DNA of 64,000 nucleotides from positions 1,612,001 to 1,676,000 of the forward strand of contig ML978127.1 in NCBI GenBank assembly GCA_010015805.1. Reading direction: 5' to 3'. This DNA is from Rhizodiscina lignyota (Eukaryota). Under the pieces are notes generated by a model. It worked only from the letters and a program-made list of their open reading frames with translations. It ran no database searches and was not told the DNA's origin. Position numbers and translations under genes: made by a program. This document shows, piece after piece, positions 11,589 to 23,934 of this stretch; position 1 is the stretch's first letter, and every line of letters begins with the position of its first letter.

Positions 11589-13573
11589 GGTTGTCTGGCG
11601 GCCGTAGCGACAGCTTGCCGGAAGCACGCTCCAGTTTTATATACCGCAGGAGGCGTACTATCCGATTCAGCTACTACTGAGAGACATGCACAAAGACTGT
11701 TCAGGTCATTTGGGATAGGTTTTGACAGCACCCTGTAAAGGTCCGCGGACGTGCAGGAGCGCTGGAAGTTCGCCACCCGCACGCCGTAGCTACTGATGTC
11801 TGTCCAACCTTGTCGACTGAGCCAAAGTATATTGCCGCCCAAAGGAGGCGTGCCATGCGTAGAAGTGAATTGTACGTGGAGAATGGCACAGGTGAGCGTC
11901 TTAGACGCGTTCGAAGGAGCTTCGGAGTCGAAATAGAGCGCAGAGGTGCAGCTTGAGCCTAGTCTAAGGTTGTAAAGGGAAGGATCGTTCGAGGATCAAT
12001 GAGATCGACAAAGCGTGCTACTCGCAACGGAGCGCGTAATAAGCGGAGGATGGTATAGGTCGTCGTGGACGTACGCGTACAAGGCGACGTACTGGTACAG
12101 CGAAGGGTTTATTGCAGCACGGTGCGCGGTGGTAAGGCTACCGCAACGGGGTAGGAAGAGGACTTGGAGTCTGGAAGGAGGTCCTTGATTGACGAAGGAG
12201 CAAGTGCACGCCGCTTTATTAGCGGCGACTAGTGATGAGCGGATGGAGATAGCCGTCCAACTTTCACAGTCGTAGGTCGCAAACAGAATTGAGGGAGTAA
12301 TACGGCCATTTGCTATCGAATTTGACTTATTATTGTTGATTGCAGCACATTCACACATCTACATCATCGTGCACGAGTACCAAAGCCACTGACGAACTGC
12401 TTGCGGCTGAGCCACACGACGTTTCGGCAGGGCGACATGGTTGGATCGGCGGCAACATGGGAAATTGCTTCAGATTCCCATGTCTTACTCGCCCACTTTC
12501 CGATTTCGGCGCCCACGCTCACAGATCGTGGAGGCCACCCTAGCCGGCCCCAGATCGCAAGCGTACCGTGGCTGGAGTAGCTCTAAGAGAGGTTGTTGAA
12601 CATCAAGCAACTCTCATCTCTACCCTAGAGTGTATATTATTCAGTTGGAGCTGCTGCAAGATAGGAGGTTGAACCTTGGGCCTGCTTTGCACATTGGACG
12701 AAACCAGAGGCACCAGCAGGGATTCACCAGCCACTTACATCACAGGTGGTGCCATTACACAAAGAGAGAGAGTGGCTTGTACGTACGCCTTCTCGGAGGA
12801 TTCTCTAGTCTCCCTAGTCGTTACGGAGTATGCCCGCGAATCAGCAGTGCTGTTCATTCCGAGCTTTTCACACTGTTTCCCCGGATAAGCCGTGGCCATT
12901 GAGGGAGAGCCAGTCCTCTGATAGCCTGTAATTTCTAGAAATAATAATGTGAAGAAGGAGAAAGAGCTCTCATAATTGTTTCGAGCTCAAATCGGGCGGG
13001 CCTGCTGATATTTCGATGCTGTTGATGGATGGGTATGCATAACTGCTCAACAATGTTGTCTGGTTGTCCGTGTGATTCTTGGTCCTGGGTTTCTGCGAGT
13101 CATGCCCGTGATCTTCTTAAAAGTTGTCAAATATCCAGAAGAATGCCATGGGAGACACTTATTGATGATCTTCAGATATCGTCTTCGATTCCTGTTGAGG
13201 TTGAAAGAAGATTTGCGCAGATGATGCGTGCAGAGGAAGCCACAAGGGACGGTTTGCGGGCATGGAAGGGAAGGCGCGCTTCTTGCATTCCTCTTACTTA
13301 ACCACAACGTCAGTGTGAGCTTTGATTTCGAGATATAGGAACTCCACGCTCGTTGCTGTCCGAAAGACACACTTTTCGTTCACTTTCACTTCTCTATCGT
13401 GAACTCTCAAACAAAGCACTCGCCACAGTCTTCTAAGCGCCCCACTTCTGCATCACATGCGCCTCACACCACAAAAAAAGCGCTGGCAGATTATCCAGAC
13501 CCCGCGGTAATATACAGAGCATCAACCTCGACTTCTCTACCCCCCTCACTCAGCAATCACTCGACTCTATATC

Positions 13574-15448
13574 ATGTCATCACCTTCCAAGCATGATAAC
13601 AAGCCGGCCAACAAATCCCATAAGCTCCGCATTCTCCTCACGTCCACTTCCGCTCCTTCGATTTCACTACTCGACGAGGTAGTACGGCACCTCGTAGACC
13701 TCGATGTCGGCCTCAACGCGATATGCGACGCGTCACAGTGCGCGAAAAGTTCAATTCTCGTGCGATCGATAGTACGGCCTAACGTTGACTTCGCTTGTAC
13801 GCGCGATGACACTCCCTCGACATCCCAATGCTCGCTGGCCACACCAGGGGAGGCGGAGAGGGCAAGAGAAGAGGCGGCGCGTCTGGCATCATGGGCTGAT
13901 TTGTTGATACTGGCACCGATAGATGCGAATAATATGGCCAAGATGCTGCATGGGATCACGGACAACCTGCTATTAGAGGTGCTTCGAAGTTGGGATGTCA
14001 GCAAGAAAATATTGCTTATCCCTGGCATGTCGGCATGCATGTGGGAGAATCCAATGACGAAACGCCATTTGAGGAAGATCAGTCGGAAATGGAATTGGAT
14101 TCGTGTGTTGCCGCCTCTTCTATGGACGTACGATCTCAGCAACACTAGATGTATTGAAGGAGTGGATGCTCAAAGAGGGGCAAAGATGGTCGATGGCGAC
14201 TGGGAAGGCATAGACGAGCTGATGGGAGCTGTAAAGAACCAACTTGATCTAGCGACGATTGGACAAGGCCTCGACGTGAGCCGCATGAGTTACGTCTCCT
14301 CCCTCCCGACGCATATATCCTCAACCTCTACCAACCCCGTTCCTCGCCTTCCACCAGAGATCTGGGCCATGATCCTCGAGTACACAGAAGACTGGGAACT
14401 CGCTCGTGCCCTTGATGTACGCACCACTCTGTCCACACCGAGTGAATGGACAATGCACACTGTTGCATCTACGCCCGAGTCCCTGTCATTCGACCCGCAA
14501 CTGGAATGGGCACTGCTCCACTGCTCCTTGCCTACCGTAAAGCACCTCTTCACCACATCCCCCACACCAACCTATCTCTCCCGCCTTTCCATCAAGATGA
14601 TAATGCGCTGGGCATTCATCCCGGTGCTGCAATTCCTTGAGTCAGAATACAAAGAGCTCTTCTGGACAACCTTTGGCCATGCCTTCCTCCCCGACAAGGC
14701 ATCAAGCACGTTCGGTCACGTTGCTCTCCTTGAATACTGGCGCACATCTCCAACCTTCCTAAATAAAGAATACACTGCTGAGGCTATGAACGGTGCAAGC
14801 GCCATGGGCTTCGTTGACGTGCTCGAGTGGTGGAAGCGAAGCGGTCTGACTCTCAAATATACCGAGGCTGCTCTGGAACAAGCAAGTGGCCATGGACGTA
14901 TCGAGGCATTGAAATGGTGGCGCGACTCTTCGAAATACGCCCCTGGCCGCTCCGATCCCTCATCACCCCTCAACTCTTCCCCAAGGAATGTCGACGGTGA
15001 GAGCACTAGAGGCAAAGATCGCATCTTGGACCTCAAAGTCGGCAAATCCCTGCTCCACACTACTCAATCCGGTCACCTTTCGTCCTTGCAGTTCTGGGCC
15101 GAGTCACACATTCCCTTCCCGCCATCCCACGAGGAGCTCATCCTCAAGCTCGCGTCCGCGCACGGACATGTGCACCTTCTGAAATTCTGGGCATCGCACA
15201 GGGGGCCATCAAAACTCCTCTTCGACAGTCAAGTCCTGGTTGCGCCAACGAAATTAGGACATGCTGATGTCCTAGAGTGGTGGCGCGAGATGGCTGAGAG
15301 AGGTGTGAGGGTGGAGTACAAGACGTGCGATATCGAAGAGGCATTGGAGGATGGCGGTGGGGAGGAAGTGAGGAGGTGGTGGGCAGGGTATGGTCTGAAC
15401 TTGGGGGTTGGCACGAGTGAGTGGATGAGGACGAAGGTTTTGGGATGA
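13574..15448 (+). CDS. HFCD/PPCDC-like flavoprotein domain + F-box-like motif + ankyrin-like repeats
   Basis: 624-aa ORF. Flavoprotein segment WADLLILAPIDANNMAKMLHGITDNLL...PGMSACMWENP; F-box-like PRLPPEIWAMILEY; repeated ASxxGxxxxLEWW ankyrin-like units. Confidence 0.85.
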   Translation: MSSPSKHDNKPANKSHKLRILLTSTSAPSISLLDEVVRHLVDLDVGLNAICDASQCAKSSILVRSIVRPNVDFACTRDDTPSTSQCSLATPGEAERAREEAARLASWADLLILAPIDANNMAKMLHGITDNLLLEVLRSWDVSKKILLIPGMSACMWENPMTKRHLRKISRKWNWIRVLPPLLWTYDLSNTRCIEGVDAQRGAKMVDGDWEGIDELMGAVKNQLDLATIGQGLDVSRMSYVSSLPTHISSTSTNPVPRLPPEIWAMILEYTEDWELARALDVRTTLSTPSEWTMHTVASTPESLSFDPQLEWALLHCSLPTVKHLFTTSPTPTYLSRLSIKMIMRWAFIPVLQFLESEYKELFWTTFGHAFLPDKASSTFGHVALLEYWRTSPTFLNKEYTAEAMNGASAMGFVDVLEWWKRSGLTLKYTEAALEQASGHGRIEALKWWRDSSKYAPGRSDPSSPLNSSPRNVDGESTRGKDRILDLKVGKSLLHTTQSGHLSSLQFWAESHIPFPPSHEELILKLASAHGHVHLLKFWASHRGPSKLLFDSQVLVAPTKLGHADVLEWWREMAERGVRVEYKTCDIEEALEDGGGEEVRRWWAGYGLNLGVGTSEWMRTKVLG

Positions 15449-16458
15449 TTTCGGCTGTCATTGGGTTTGGTCTGGTTCGCTCGCATCTTACCATTGTTCT
15501 CTGCATGGGTCGGAGTTGGGAAATAAGGAACAAAATATAGAACGAAGCTGTTGCTTATTCAATATGCTACTTAGATTTTTTACGTGGAGAGTATCATCGG
15601 GCACTCTCACAGGATATTGCATTTATTACAACATTCCATATAAGTTTGCAACTTCATGTTCCTCGAACAAAGTCCAAGCTTAGCTATACTGACGCACAAT
15701 TACATACCGGGGACAGAAGCCACTGCAAATGTAGTTATGGCTGGAAGCAGGTCCACTGTTACGGCACATCTAGATATCTGGGTGTAGATGCAAACTCCAA
15801 ATACGTTACCTACTAAGTATTGTGCCGCTTGGTAAGAGGTAAGTGTGTTTGAACTATTTGCAATTAGCAGCGCATTCGAAGCAGGGGCGTCATCAATCGA
15901 AACTCTACGCTGAGTGTATCTTCGTGGTCCACTCCACCCTCGGACCGGCGGTGGTGGCGCGTGTCAACTCCTACATCTTTTCACCTCCCATTGAAAATAA
16001 TTCTACACATTTCACCGCATTTCGAATCCTACTAAAGATATTTAGGGCCTGCCTTATTTCCGTCCGAGAGCCTCGACCACGCTGAATCACCAGAGTTGAT
16101 GTTGAATCACGACTGCAAAGAGTGGAGTCTCTTCGCCCTGTACACATTCACCCCTTCAGGGCATCTCCGACGCCTGTAGACACGGAGACAAGAGCCCGGA
16201 TTCCAAACTTTAATGAACTATTTCCGATTATGATGAAATGCCAGTGCTACAGTCTACCCGATTATGACAAAGCAGTCGCCTGAGTGGACTCGATGTTATC
16301 GGAATGAAGGTGGGTGGTTGTTCTTTGAAAGTCTTTAGTGAAACTACAAAAGGCGAAATGGATTCGCTCAAAGTGAAGATCAATCCATCAATTTTCCATT
16401 CAATTTTTCAGTTCAGCGATATACAATTCACCAACTTAGCAGTCACACATCCAAAACA

Positions 16459-17548
16459 ATGGCGCCGCACTTCTACTCAGTCACCACATCAGAAGACTCG
16501 GTCGAGTACTATGCCGACAAAATCAAAGGAAAAGTTATCCTCACGACTGGTGTTCATAAGGGAGGACTTGGTGGATATTTTGTTGAGGGCGTGGCCAAGC
16601 AAAAACCCAAGACACTGGTACTAGCTGGCCGAGATCTGGCGAAGGTCCAAAAGGTCGCGGATGCCATCAAGGAGACATCACCAAACGTCCAAGTCGATCT
16701 GTTGCAGCTCGACCTCAGCTCTCAAGAGCAGGTCCGGAAAGCCGCAGCAGAAGTCAACGCCAAGTACGATAAGATCGACGTCTTGGTGAACAACGCCGCG
16801 GTCATGTCTCCAGCAACTTTCCAGACCACGAAAGACGGGCTGGAACTGCAGTTCGGAACCAACCATATCGGCCACTTCCTCTTCACCAACCTCATTCTGA
16901 ACAAGATTCTCGCAGCGGGTCCTGGCGCCAGGGTCGTCACCATCTCCAGCGACGGCCTCCGACTGAGCCCGATCAGATGGGATGACATGAACTTCTCCGA
17001 AGGCAAGACGTACAACAGGTGGTACGCGTACGGACAGTCGAAGACTGCGACCAATCTCTTCACCGTGGAACTAGCGAAGAGGTACGGGAGCAAAGGTCTT
17101 CTCGCATTCAATGTGCACCCAGGGGTGATCGCGGAATCCAATCTTGGACGACATAATGACTGGGATGCTTATGGAGAGATGCGTGGGTCTTCTAGCCTCT
17201 CATGAATGCTAAGTTCTTGTCTAACATGCTGCACAGGCTCAATCGACCAAAAGCTGGGTAACCACCAGGGTTTCGAGCCCTATCCGTACAAATCTATGTC
17301 GCAAGGCGCGGCTACTCACATCTATGCAGCTTTCGAGCCCTCGCTTGCAGGTAGGTGTAATCAGTCGTGCCAATCGTGGAGACCGCCGTGCTAACGTACA
17401 CACAGCTTCTAATGGAGCGTATCTCCAAGATTGCGGTGTTCCGAAGCAAGATGATCCGGAAGAGGTCAAGCCTTATGCGATGGATCCGAAAGAAGCTGAA
17501 AAGTTGTGGAAGTACAGCGAGAAAGTTGTGGGACAAACCTTTGACTAA
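16459..17548 (+). CDS. Short-chain dehydrogenase/reductase (retinol-dehydrogenase/WWOX-like)
   Basis: TGVHKGGLG, NNAA, FGTNHIGHF, YGQSK and VHPG motifs. Introns 17183-17236 and 17351-17405 give KSMSQGAAT...NGAYLQDC...AEKLWKYSE. Confidence 0.92.
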
Positions 17549-18244
17549 TGGACATCGCTTGTCGAATTGGTCGAATCCGCCGAAAAGGGAATGCAATATA
17601 TATCCACATTTGGAACCAAGTCGTTTATTGGGATTATAGAAGCTCATTCATCATTTAGCTGTTCGCATATATAGAAAATACTGGATCCCATCTGCACCGA
17701 ATTTAGACTTAGCGCTATATTGAGCCCTTCCTATTCCTTCACGTGGTAATGCAATATAAATATTCCATCCCAGGGCGTTCGCATTAATTTTTTTCCTCAT
17801 AGATGTTCCCAACCCCCACAGGTACGTTTTTCAGAATGTCTCTAACTCAATCTGGCCCCGGGAGCTTTCAATTGCGAAGTTATGCCCATTCACGCTTGTA
17901 TCAATGCGGAAAGCGGTATCTTGCAGCCCGCAGGTCCCTCGGTTTCGGCGCGATCATGCAAGGTGGAGATGTCACGCTTTTACCTCCGCCCTTTGATATA
18001 CCCGATAGAGATCGGAGTCAGATTCACGGCGTGTCCAATTGAATTGGTTTCATTCGAATATCCGGACACTACCTCGATTGATTTATAATCTTTTTTCAAC
18101 CGCTTCGAGTCAGACCATCAAAAAGCGCCATTGTCCAAGGGCATATATATTTGAGACGTTCTGAGAACTGTACCAACACTGACAAGTCTCCGAGAGGTGC
18201 AATTGAGATAGGCTTTCACGATAATTTGGAGGACATTCTTCACA

Positions 18245-19050
18245 ATGGCAGACGAAGTCATTCTGTACGATCTGCCCAGCAAAAGCGGTGGTTGCTGGTC
18301 TCTCAATCCATGGAAGACACGATTGGTGCTTAACTACAAAGGCATTCCGTACAAGACGCAATGGGTCGAGTACCCCGATGTCGCACCATTGCTGAAGGGA
18401 TTGTACGTCTATCACCTATCCCTCTACAAAATGATATTTTATATCCCCAATTCTTCAAAGCGGAGAAAATAGTCAGCTGACCCGTCCACAGTGGCATCCC
18501 TCCAAACAAAGAAGGCCGGCCCTACACCATTCCAGCCGCCAAGCTCGACAGCAATACTTACATCATGGACTCACTCGCCATCACCAAGGAGCTGGAGAAG
18601 CGCTATCCGACTCCCTCACTGCATCTGGACTCGCCCATCCTGCCCAAAGCCATGCAAGCACTCGGCAAAGTCGCCGAAGGCACGCGCCCCGTCTGGATGG
18701 CCAAAGTGCCCGCCGCCCTGTTGAACCCACCTTCTGCAGAGTACTTCCTGCGCACGCGTAGCGAGCAGGTAGGCCAGCCGCTTTTGGAGTACGGGAAGGA
18801 GAAGGGCGGAGACCAAGCGTGGAATAATGCGGAGCCGGCGATTAAGGATCTGGTGGCCTTGCTGAAGGAGACTGATGGCCCGTTTTTCATGGGCAATGAG
18901 ATCAGTTATGCGGACTTTGTGATCACAAGTGCATTGTACTTCATCCGCAGGATTGATGAGGCCGATTATGAGAAGATTGTCAGCCACGATGAGTCGCTTG
19001 TGAAGCTGATGGATGCGACTGCGAAGTACTTCGAGAGGTCTGACCACTGA
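18245..19050 (+). CDS. Glutathione S-transferase (GSTFuA / LigE-etherase-like class)
   Basis: WSLNPWKTRLVLNYKGIPYKTQWVEYPDV. Intron 18403-18491, then YTIPA...MDSLAI and GPFFMGNEISYADF. Confidence 0.9.
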
Positions 19051-19225
19051 GTGTGGAGTGGGATAGAAATTCATTTCGTAGGATACAATTGAGTCGCTGC
19101 AATGTGAGCCTGAGTAACCGAAAAGGTATCTGTACAATGGAGTGATCTGGACTCCAGATACGCCAAACGGCAAAGAGACAGAATCAAACCTCTGCTCAGA
19201 AACAGTTCGCGACCTGATACCGAAA

Positions 19226-20919
19226 TTAGACCGTTTCGATATATCTCTTGAACTCCCAGTCAGTCACCGCCTCTTCCCAAAGTCTCAGCTCGTGGTCCCT
19301 TGTTCCAGCGTAATGATCCACAAACTCATCCCCAAGGATATTCCGCGCAATGGAACCCTTCGCTGCCATAGCATTGGTCGCTTCTTTCAGTGATTTGGGG
19401 AGCCGTTCTCCCTTGTCCGCAGTGCTGCCCATCTCCTGGCCCTTGCCAAGCGGTGGGACTGATATCTCGAGTTTCTCCTCTACACCTCGCCAACCTGCAG
19501 CTAGGATCGCCGCAAGGGCAAAATATGGATTTGTATCTGCCCCTGGCACACGTATTTCGAGGCGCGTAGCCTTTGTTGACGAGGTTGGGGGTGCGATGAG
19601 TCGTACGCTCGCAGCGCGATGTTCCAGGCCCCACGAGACGGTCACTGGTGCCCAGAAATTCTCAACAAGCCGCTTGTAGGAGTTTATGTTCGGCGCGAGG
19701 AGGGGCATGATGCTAGGCAACGCTTCGAGGACACCTGCTATGAAATGTCTGCCGAGGTCGGAGAAGTGCTTGAGGTCAGGATATGGGGGATTCTCGTCGG
19801 GGGTCTCGCGGTAGAAGAGGTTCTTGCCGGATTCTCGATCGACCACAGAGATATGTATATGGCCGCTGTTTCCAGGCATATTCGCGATTGGTTTTGCCAT
19901 GAAGCAAGGCGTTATGGCGTGCTTCGAGGCTATCGATTTCACTGCGAGCCTTGAGAAGATTAGCAACTGTGAATCAGAACAGGAGGGTAGAAGGCGTACT
20001 TGAAAAGCGCTGCTCTGTCTGCCATCTCACATATCTCATCAAATTGCAAAGCCTGCACAATTCTCAGTATATCTCATCTCCATTAGATTCCAAAAACCTA
20101 CCGCTTCGTAGACACCAGGGCCAGTCTCTGTATGCCAGCCTTCGATATCGCACCGAAACTTTGAGCATACATCAAACACCTCATAATAGTAATCCTGGTT
20201 ATGAACTGGCCTTGACAAGCTGTATCCAAACATACCTTCCTCGAGAGCAGGCAGCTTCGACGGCGCATTGTCTCGTAGGAATGCGGCTGTGGAGGACGAG
20301 TTTCGTTCGGTGCCTGGATTTGCGTCTGTGGGAGCGCGAAAGTGGTAGAACTCATACTCGGCTAGAAAGAAAAACGGGCACTGATTAGCGGGCCGTCTCA
20401 TCTTTTTCAGACGCACAGCAAAGTGCCTGTAGCAGCATTCAGATACAGGCTCCTGAATGCCTTGTATGATAATGTGTATATCTTACCTCCAGCCATGGCA
20501 CCCATGCCTTGCGCCTTTAGCTTATCAACAGTTCGTTTCAGGACACTCCGAGGACATGCGCTCGTGCTCTCGCCAGTGTCCGGATCCGTGAAGCTGCAGA
20601 GGAAAAACGGAACATTGTTCTCCCACGGTATTCGTCTGAAGCTCTGGAGGTCGATAACCGCAATCAGATCACGGTATCCGTTCTCAGCGTTGCTGATCAG
20701 GAGCTCCTTTGTGTATGTCATGTCGTGCATGTCCCACCCGAAGATAATACTGCAAAAGCCGAAGCCATCCCTTGCGACTGACAAGAATTTCTTCTTGCTA
20801 ATGAGCTTGCCACGCAGTATACCGTCCGCATCGACACCAGCAACCTTCACACATTTATCGTCGGCGAGGAGGGAGGGCAGAATATCGTGCGTGATGTCCT
20901 CCGGAGCTGGCTGGGACAT
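19226..20919 (-). CDS. Glutamine-synthetase-like gamma-glutamyl ligase (GlnA4/PuuA-like)
   Basis: DADGILRGK, AEYEF, EGWHTETGPGVYE, FMAKP..MPGNSGHIHIS, NSYKRLVENFWAP, WGLEHRAASVR and RLEIRVPGADTNPY. Introns ~20486-20362, 20101-20053 and 19999-19950 splice in frame. Confidence 0.93.
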
Positions 20920-21850
20920 TGTCGCGTGAGGTGGTCGGAAGAGGGTTAAGAGGAGGTTTGCACAGGTATATTAGTATGAGAAGCTGTATAAATCTAATCA
21001 GAAGCCACAGCTGAGAGATAGGCGTCCATCCGGTCAGTGTGAGGTGATGAGAGCTGTGGCTGGGAAGTCGTGGTTATCTCCAATCCCGCGAGCTGCCAAG
21101 GGTGATAGTGACGTCGAATCGGGCCTAGGCCAGAAACGTGCTAGCTTGGCTGTCCTTGCCCCTGCAGTCCTGCATGGCAGAGAAAGCGGTATAAGAGGAT
21201 TTGAGGCATCGCAAGGCTTATATTAACCGCGTCCGCTCTTTTCTCCCTTTATCATTTCTTTATCTACACGGGTAAGCGATTTATGCACCATTCGGACTGT
21301 CTGGCGTCGTCCGCAAGCTCTCGCCCTTCACCCAGCATGATTTCACCGCCCATGCATGCATTGTGCCAGTGCTCCATAGAGATGCTACGAGGCCGAGACC
21401 CGAATATGCTTCAGATCTGAGATAGAGAAGACGACTGGCGACGCATGTAAGAAGCATAGCAGCAGGTAGGAGTATCGCTTTCCTTTAGTAAGCATGTTGA
21501 ACGCCGTCTTGGCTTATCAAAGCGTTGACGTTCGTTCCGATAACGCTGTCCTACCTTCCTCACCGACAATTTCAGTCGTCTTTCCTCAACATCTCCTCTT
21601 GATCCTGCAGGGTCCTTATACTGCTTTCGACCTCTTCTACAGCGTTGTGCAGGTGAGCTCCCTCTATCTATGGAATTCTTTGTCTTTTTCGGTTTCTATT
21701 ACGTCAAGCACATGCACCGTCGCAGTCATAGAGGGGCACTAGATGGCAAACTCATGCACGTGCGATCTTTTCTGAAGACACCACATTGATACATCTGCAG
21801 ACTCTCTTTACACTCTCCTTGATCTCTTCAACAATCTCAAATCCTTGATC
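20920..21850. promoter_or_regulatory. Bidirectional promoter rich in HGATAR (AreA/NIT2-type) sites; includes a probable 5'UTR intron of the SDR (~21653-21800)
   Basis: HGATAR on either strand at ~21016, 21074, 21103, 21249, 21260, 21420, 21514, 21538 and 21664. GTGAGC...CTGCAG intron-like segment precedes ATG 21851. Confidence 0.5.
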
Positions 21851-22954
21851 ATGGGCAGCTATCCACCTCAGCAAGGTCGTCTTTCAGGGAAGAACGCCCT
21901 TATCACTGGTGCCGCTGGGTAAGACTTTCGTTAGAGCATGTTCGGCCTCACTATTTCTTGTACCCTGTAACACCTTTCTTTCGCTGTCGAACTCAACTTG
22001 TTCGGACAAGAGGTGAATTCTTATCTGTAGCATTGAGATTCGTCAATTGCTTGTACAGCCTTGATTATATCCGATTTTCTTCAGTTGTTGGTTTGCACTC
22101 CATATACTAACAGCTCCATCAGTGGTATTGGGCTCGAGACTGCAGTGCTGTTCGCTCGCGAGGGTGCCAATGTTCTCTTAGCCGATATATCTGGACCTGC
22201 GCTCGAGAAAGGTCTCGCCAAACTTAAAGAAGCAGTTCCTTCAGCAAACAAACTCGCAAGCACTATCTGCGATGTCTCCAAGGAGTCTGATGTTGCCGCT
22301 GCAGTTGAACAGTTGGACGCCTGGGGTGGCGTTGATGTCATGTTCAACAATGCTGGTATCATGCACAACGACGACTCGGATGCTGTCGAGACACCGGAGC
22401 GTATCTGGGACCTCACCATGGCAATTAACGTGAAAGGCGTTTGGTTCGGAAGCAAGCATGCTGTCCAGAGCTTGCGCAAGCACGGAAAGAAGAAGGGCAG
22501 CATCATCAACGTCGCAAGTGTCGTCGCATTGGTTGGCAGTGCAACGCCGCAGTTGGCATACACTGCCAGTAAAGGAGCCGTTCTGGCAATGACTCGCGAA
22601 TTGGCCATCGTACATGCGCGAGAGGGCTTCCGCTTCAATGCGCTATGCCCAGCTCCGCTTAACACCCCACTTCTCCAAGATTTCTTGGGCGATGATAAGG
22701 CCAAGCGACACCGACGCGAGATTCATTTCCCCACTGGCCGCTTTGGAGAAGCCATCGAACAGGCACAGGCTGTTTTGTTTCTAGCTAGCGATGAAAGTAG
22801 CTTCGTCAATGGCACGGACTTCGTCGTTGATGGTGGAATGACCAAGGTAATGAGCATGGTTATACCTTTCTGGGTCTCTTATCTGACTGTATGCTAGGCC
22901 TATGTGACTCCGGAGGGTCCGCCAACGGAACCTCCAAAGAATCTGGTAAAGTGA
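21851..22954 (+). CDS. Classical SDR (3-oxoacyl-ACP-reductase-like), divergent from the GS-like gene
   Basis: MGSYPPQQGRLSGKNALITGAAG|GIG across intron 21919-22122; NNAG; YTASK. Intron 22847-22897, last exon AYVTPEG...LVK*. Confidence 0.94.
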
Positions 22955-23934
22955 GGGACTCTGGTCTTAGAATTTAGCTGTGAGTTGTGCCAGGACTTTA
23001 TCGTATAGCTTAATAGGCGGAAACCTCACTCTACTCGGCTGGTGGCTGCATTTGCATTATTGATGGGTATCATGCCTTCGTTTCTGCAGGGAGTTTATTT
23101 TATGCAAGGAGTTTCTGTGGATTTTAGAGACTGCGTGATTTTCATTTAAGTCCGGAAGATAGTAGTTATCGAACAACGCTCGTCTCACGTCTCACTGAAC
23201 CAATCTTACATTCCTATAGTCTTGGGAGATTCGTAAGGTCACGTGAAGGTTTCAGTCATCGAAATACTTCAACGGATGTGAAATGGTAGCATTGGTAAGC
23301 AGAACTCGTACTGATGCACGGGGTATGGCCACTGGTCTTTTGGTATCGTGGTTGCCTGAGGAAAAATGAGAACCGGAAAAGGAGAGCTCCAAGTCTAGTC
23401 AACCATGATTGGACGATGTTCTCCTCAATGACACTAACCGTTTTCAGACTAGTGTCTGACCTCTTCATGGACCAGTCTCCTGTTAAATCTTTGTCGAACT
23501 TCAACCAACTCAGGAAAATTGAATTTCTTTTCAAGAAAGCCATATTCGCCCTTGACGATGCGTTTCATGCGTGACAATGGAATTGCTGCTCGGAAATTGT
23601 CCAATCTTGAAGCTTAGCCCCGCACTTTGTATTTCTTCCGAACCGCTCGATCTTGCATACTCCGCGTGCACTTGGCACACCTCGCTCGTGGAAAGCGACT
23701 AAGGAGACTTCTAACATTTAGCATTGCCGGGGACATAACTCCCACACGAGAGGGGGGCTGTCGGTGATGGTCGGGCGACCTGATTCATGATTCTATGCTA
23801 GAGACCGAAGAAGTTAAGAGAATTGCTTTCGCTTCCAGTCATGCGGCATTTGAGCCGGCCAGTATACAAATTTCTCGTATCTCTTTGAATTCGTAGTCTC
23901 GTTCATTTCTCTATCTCCTTCATACTTTCAGAAC

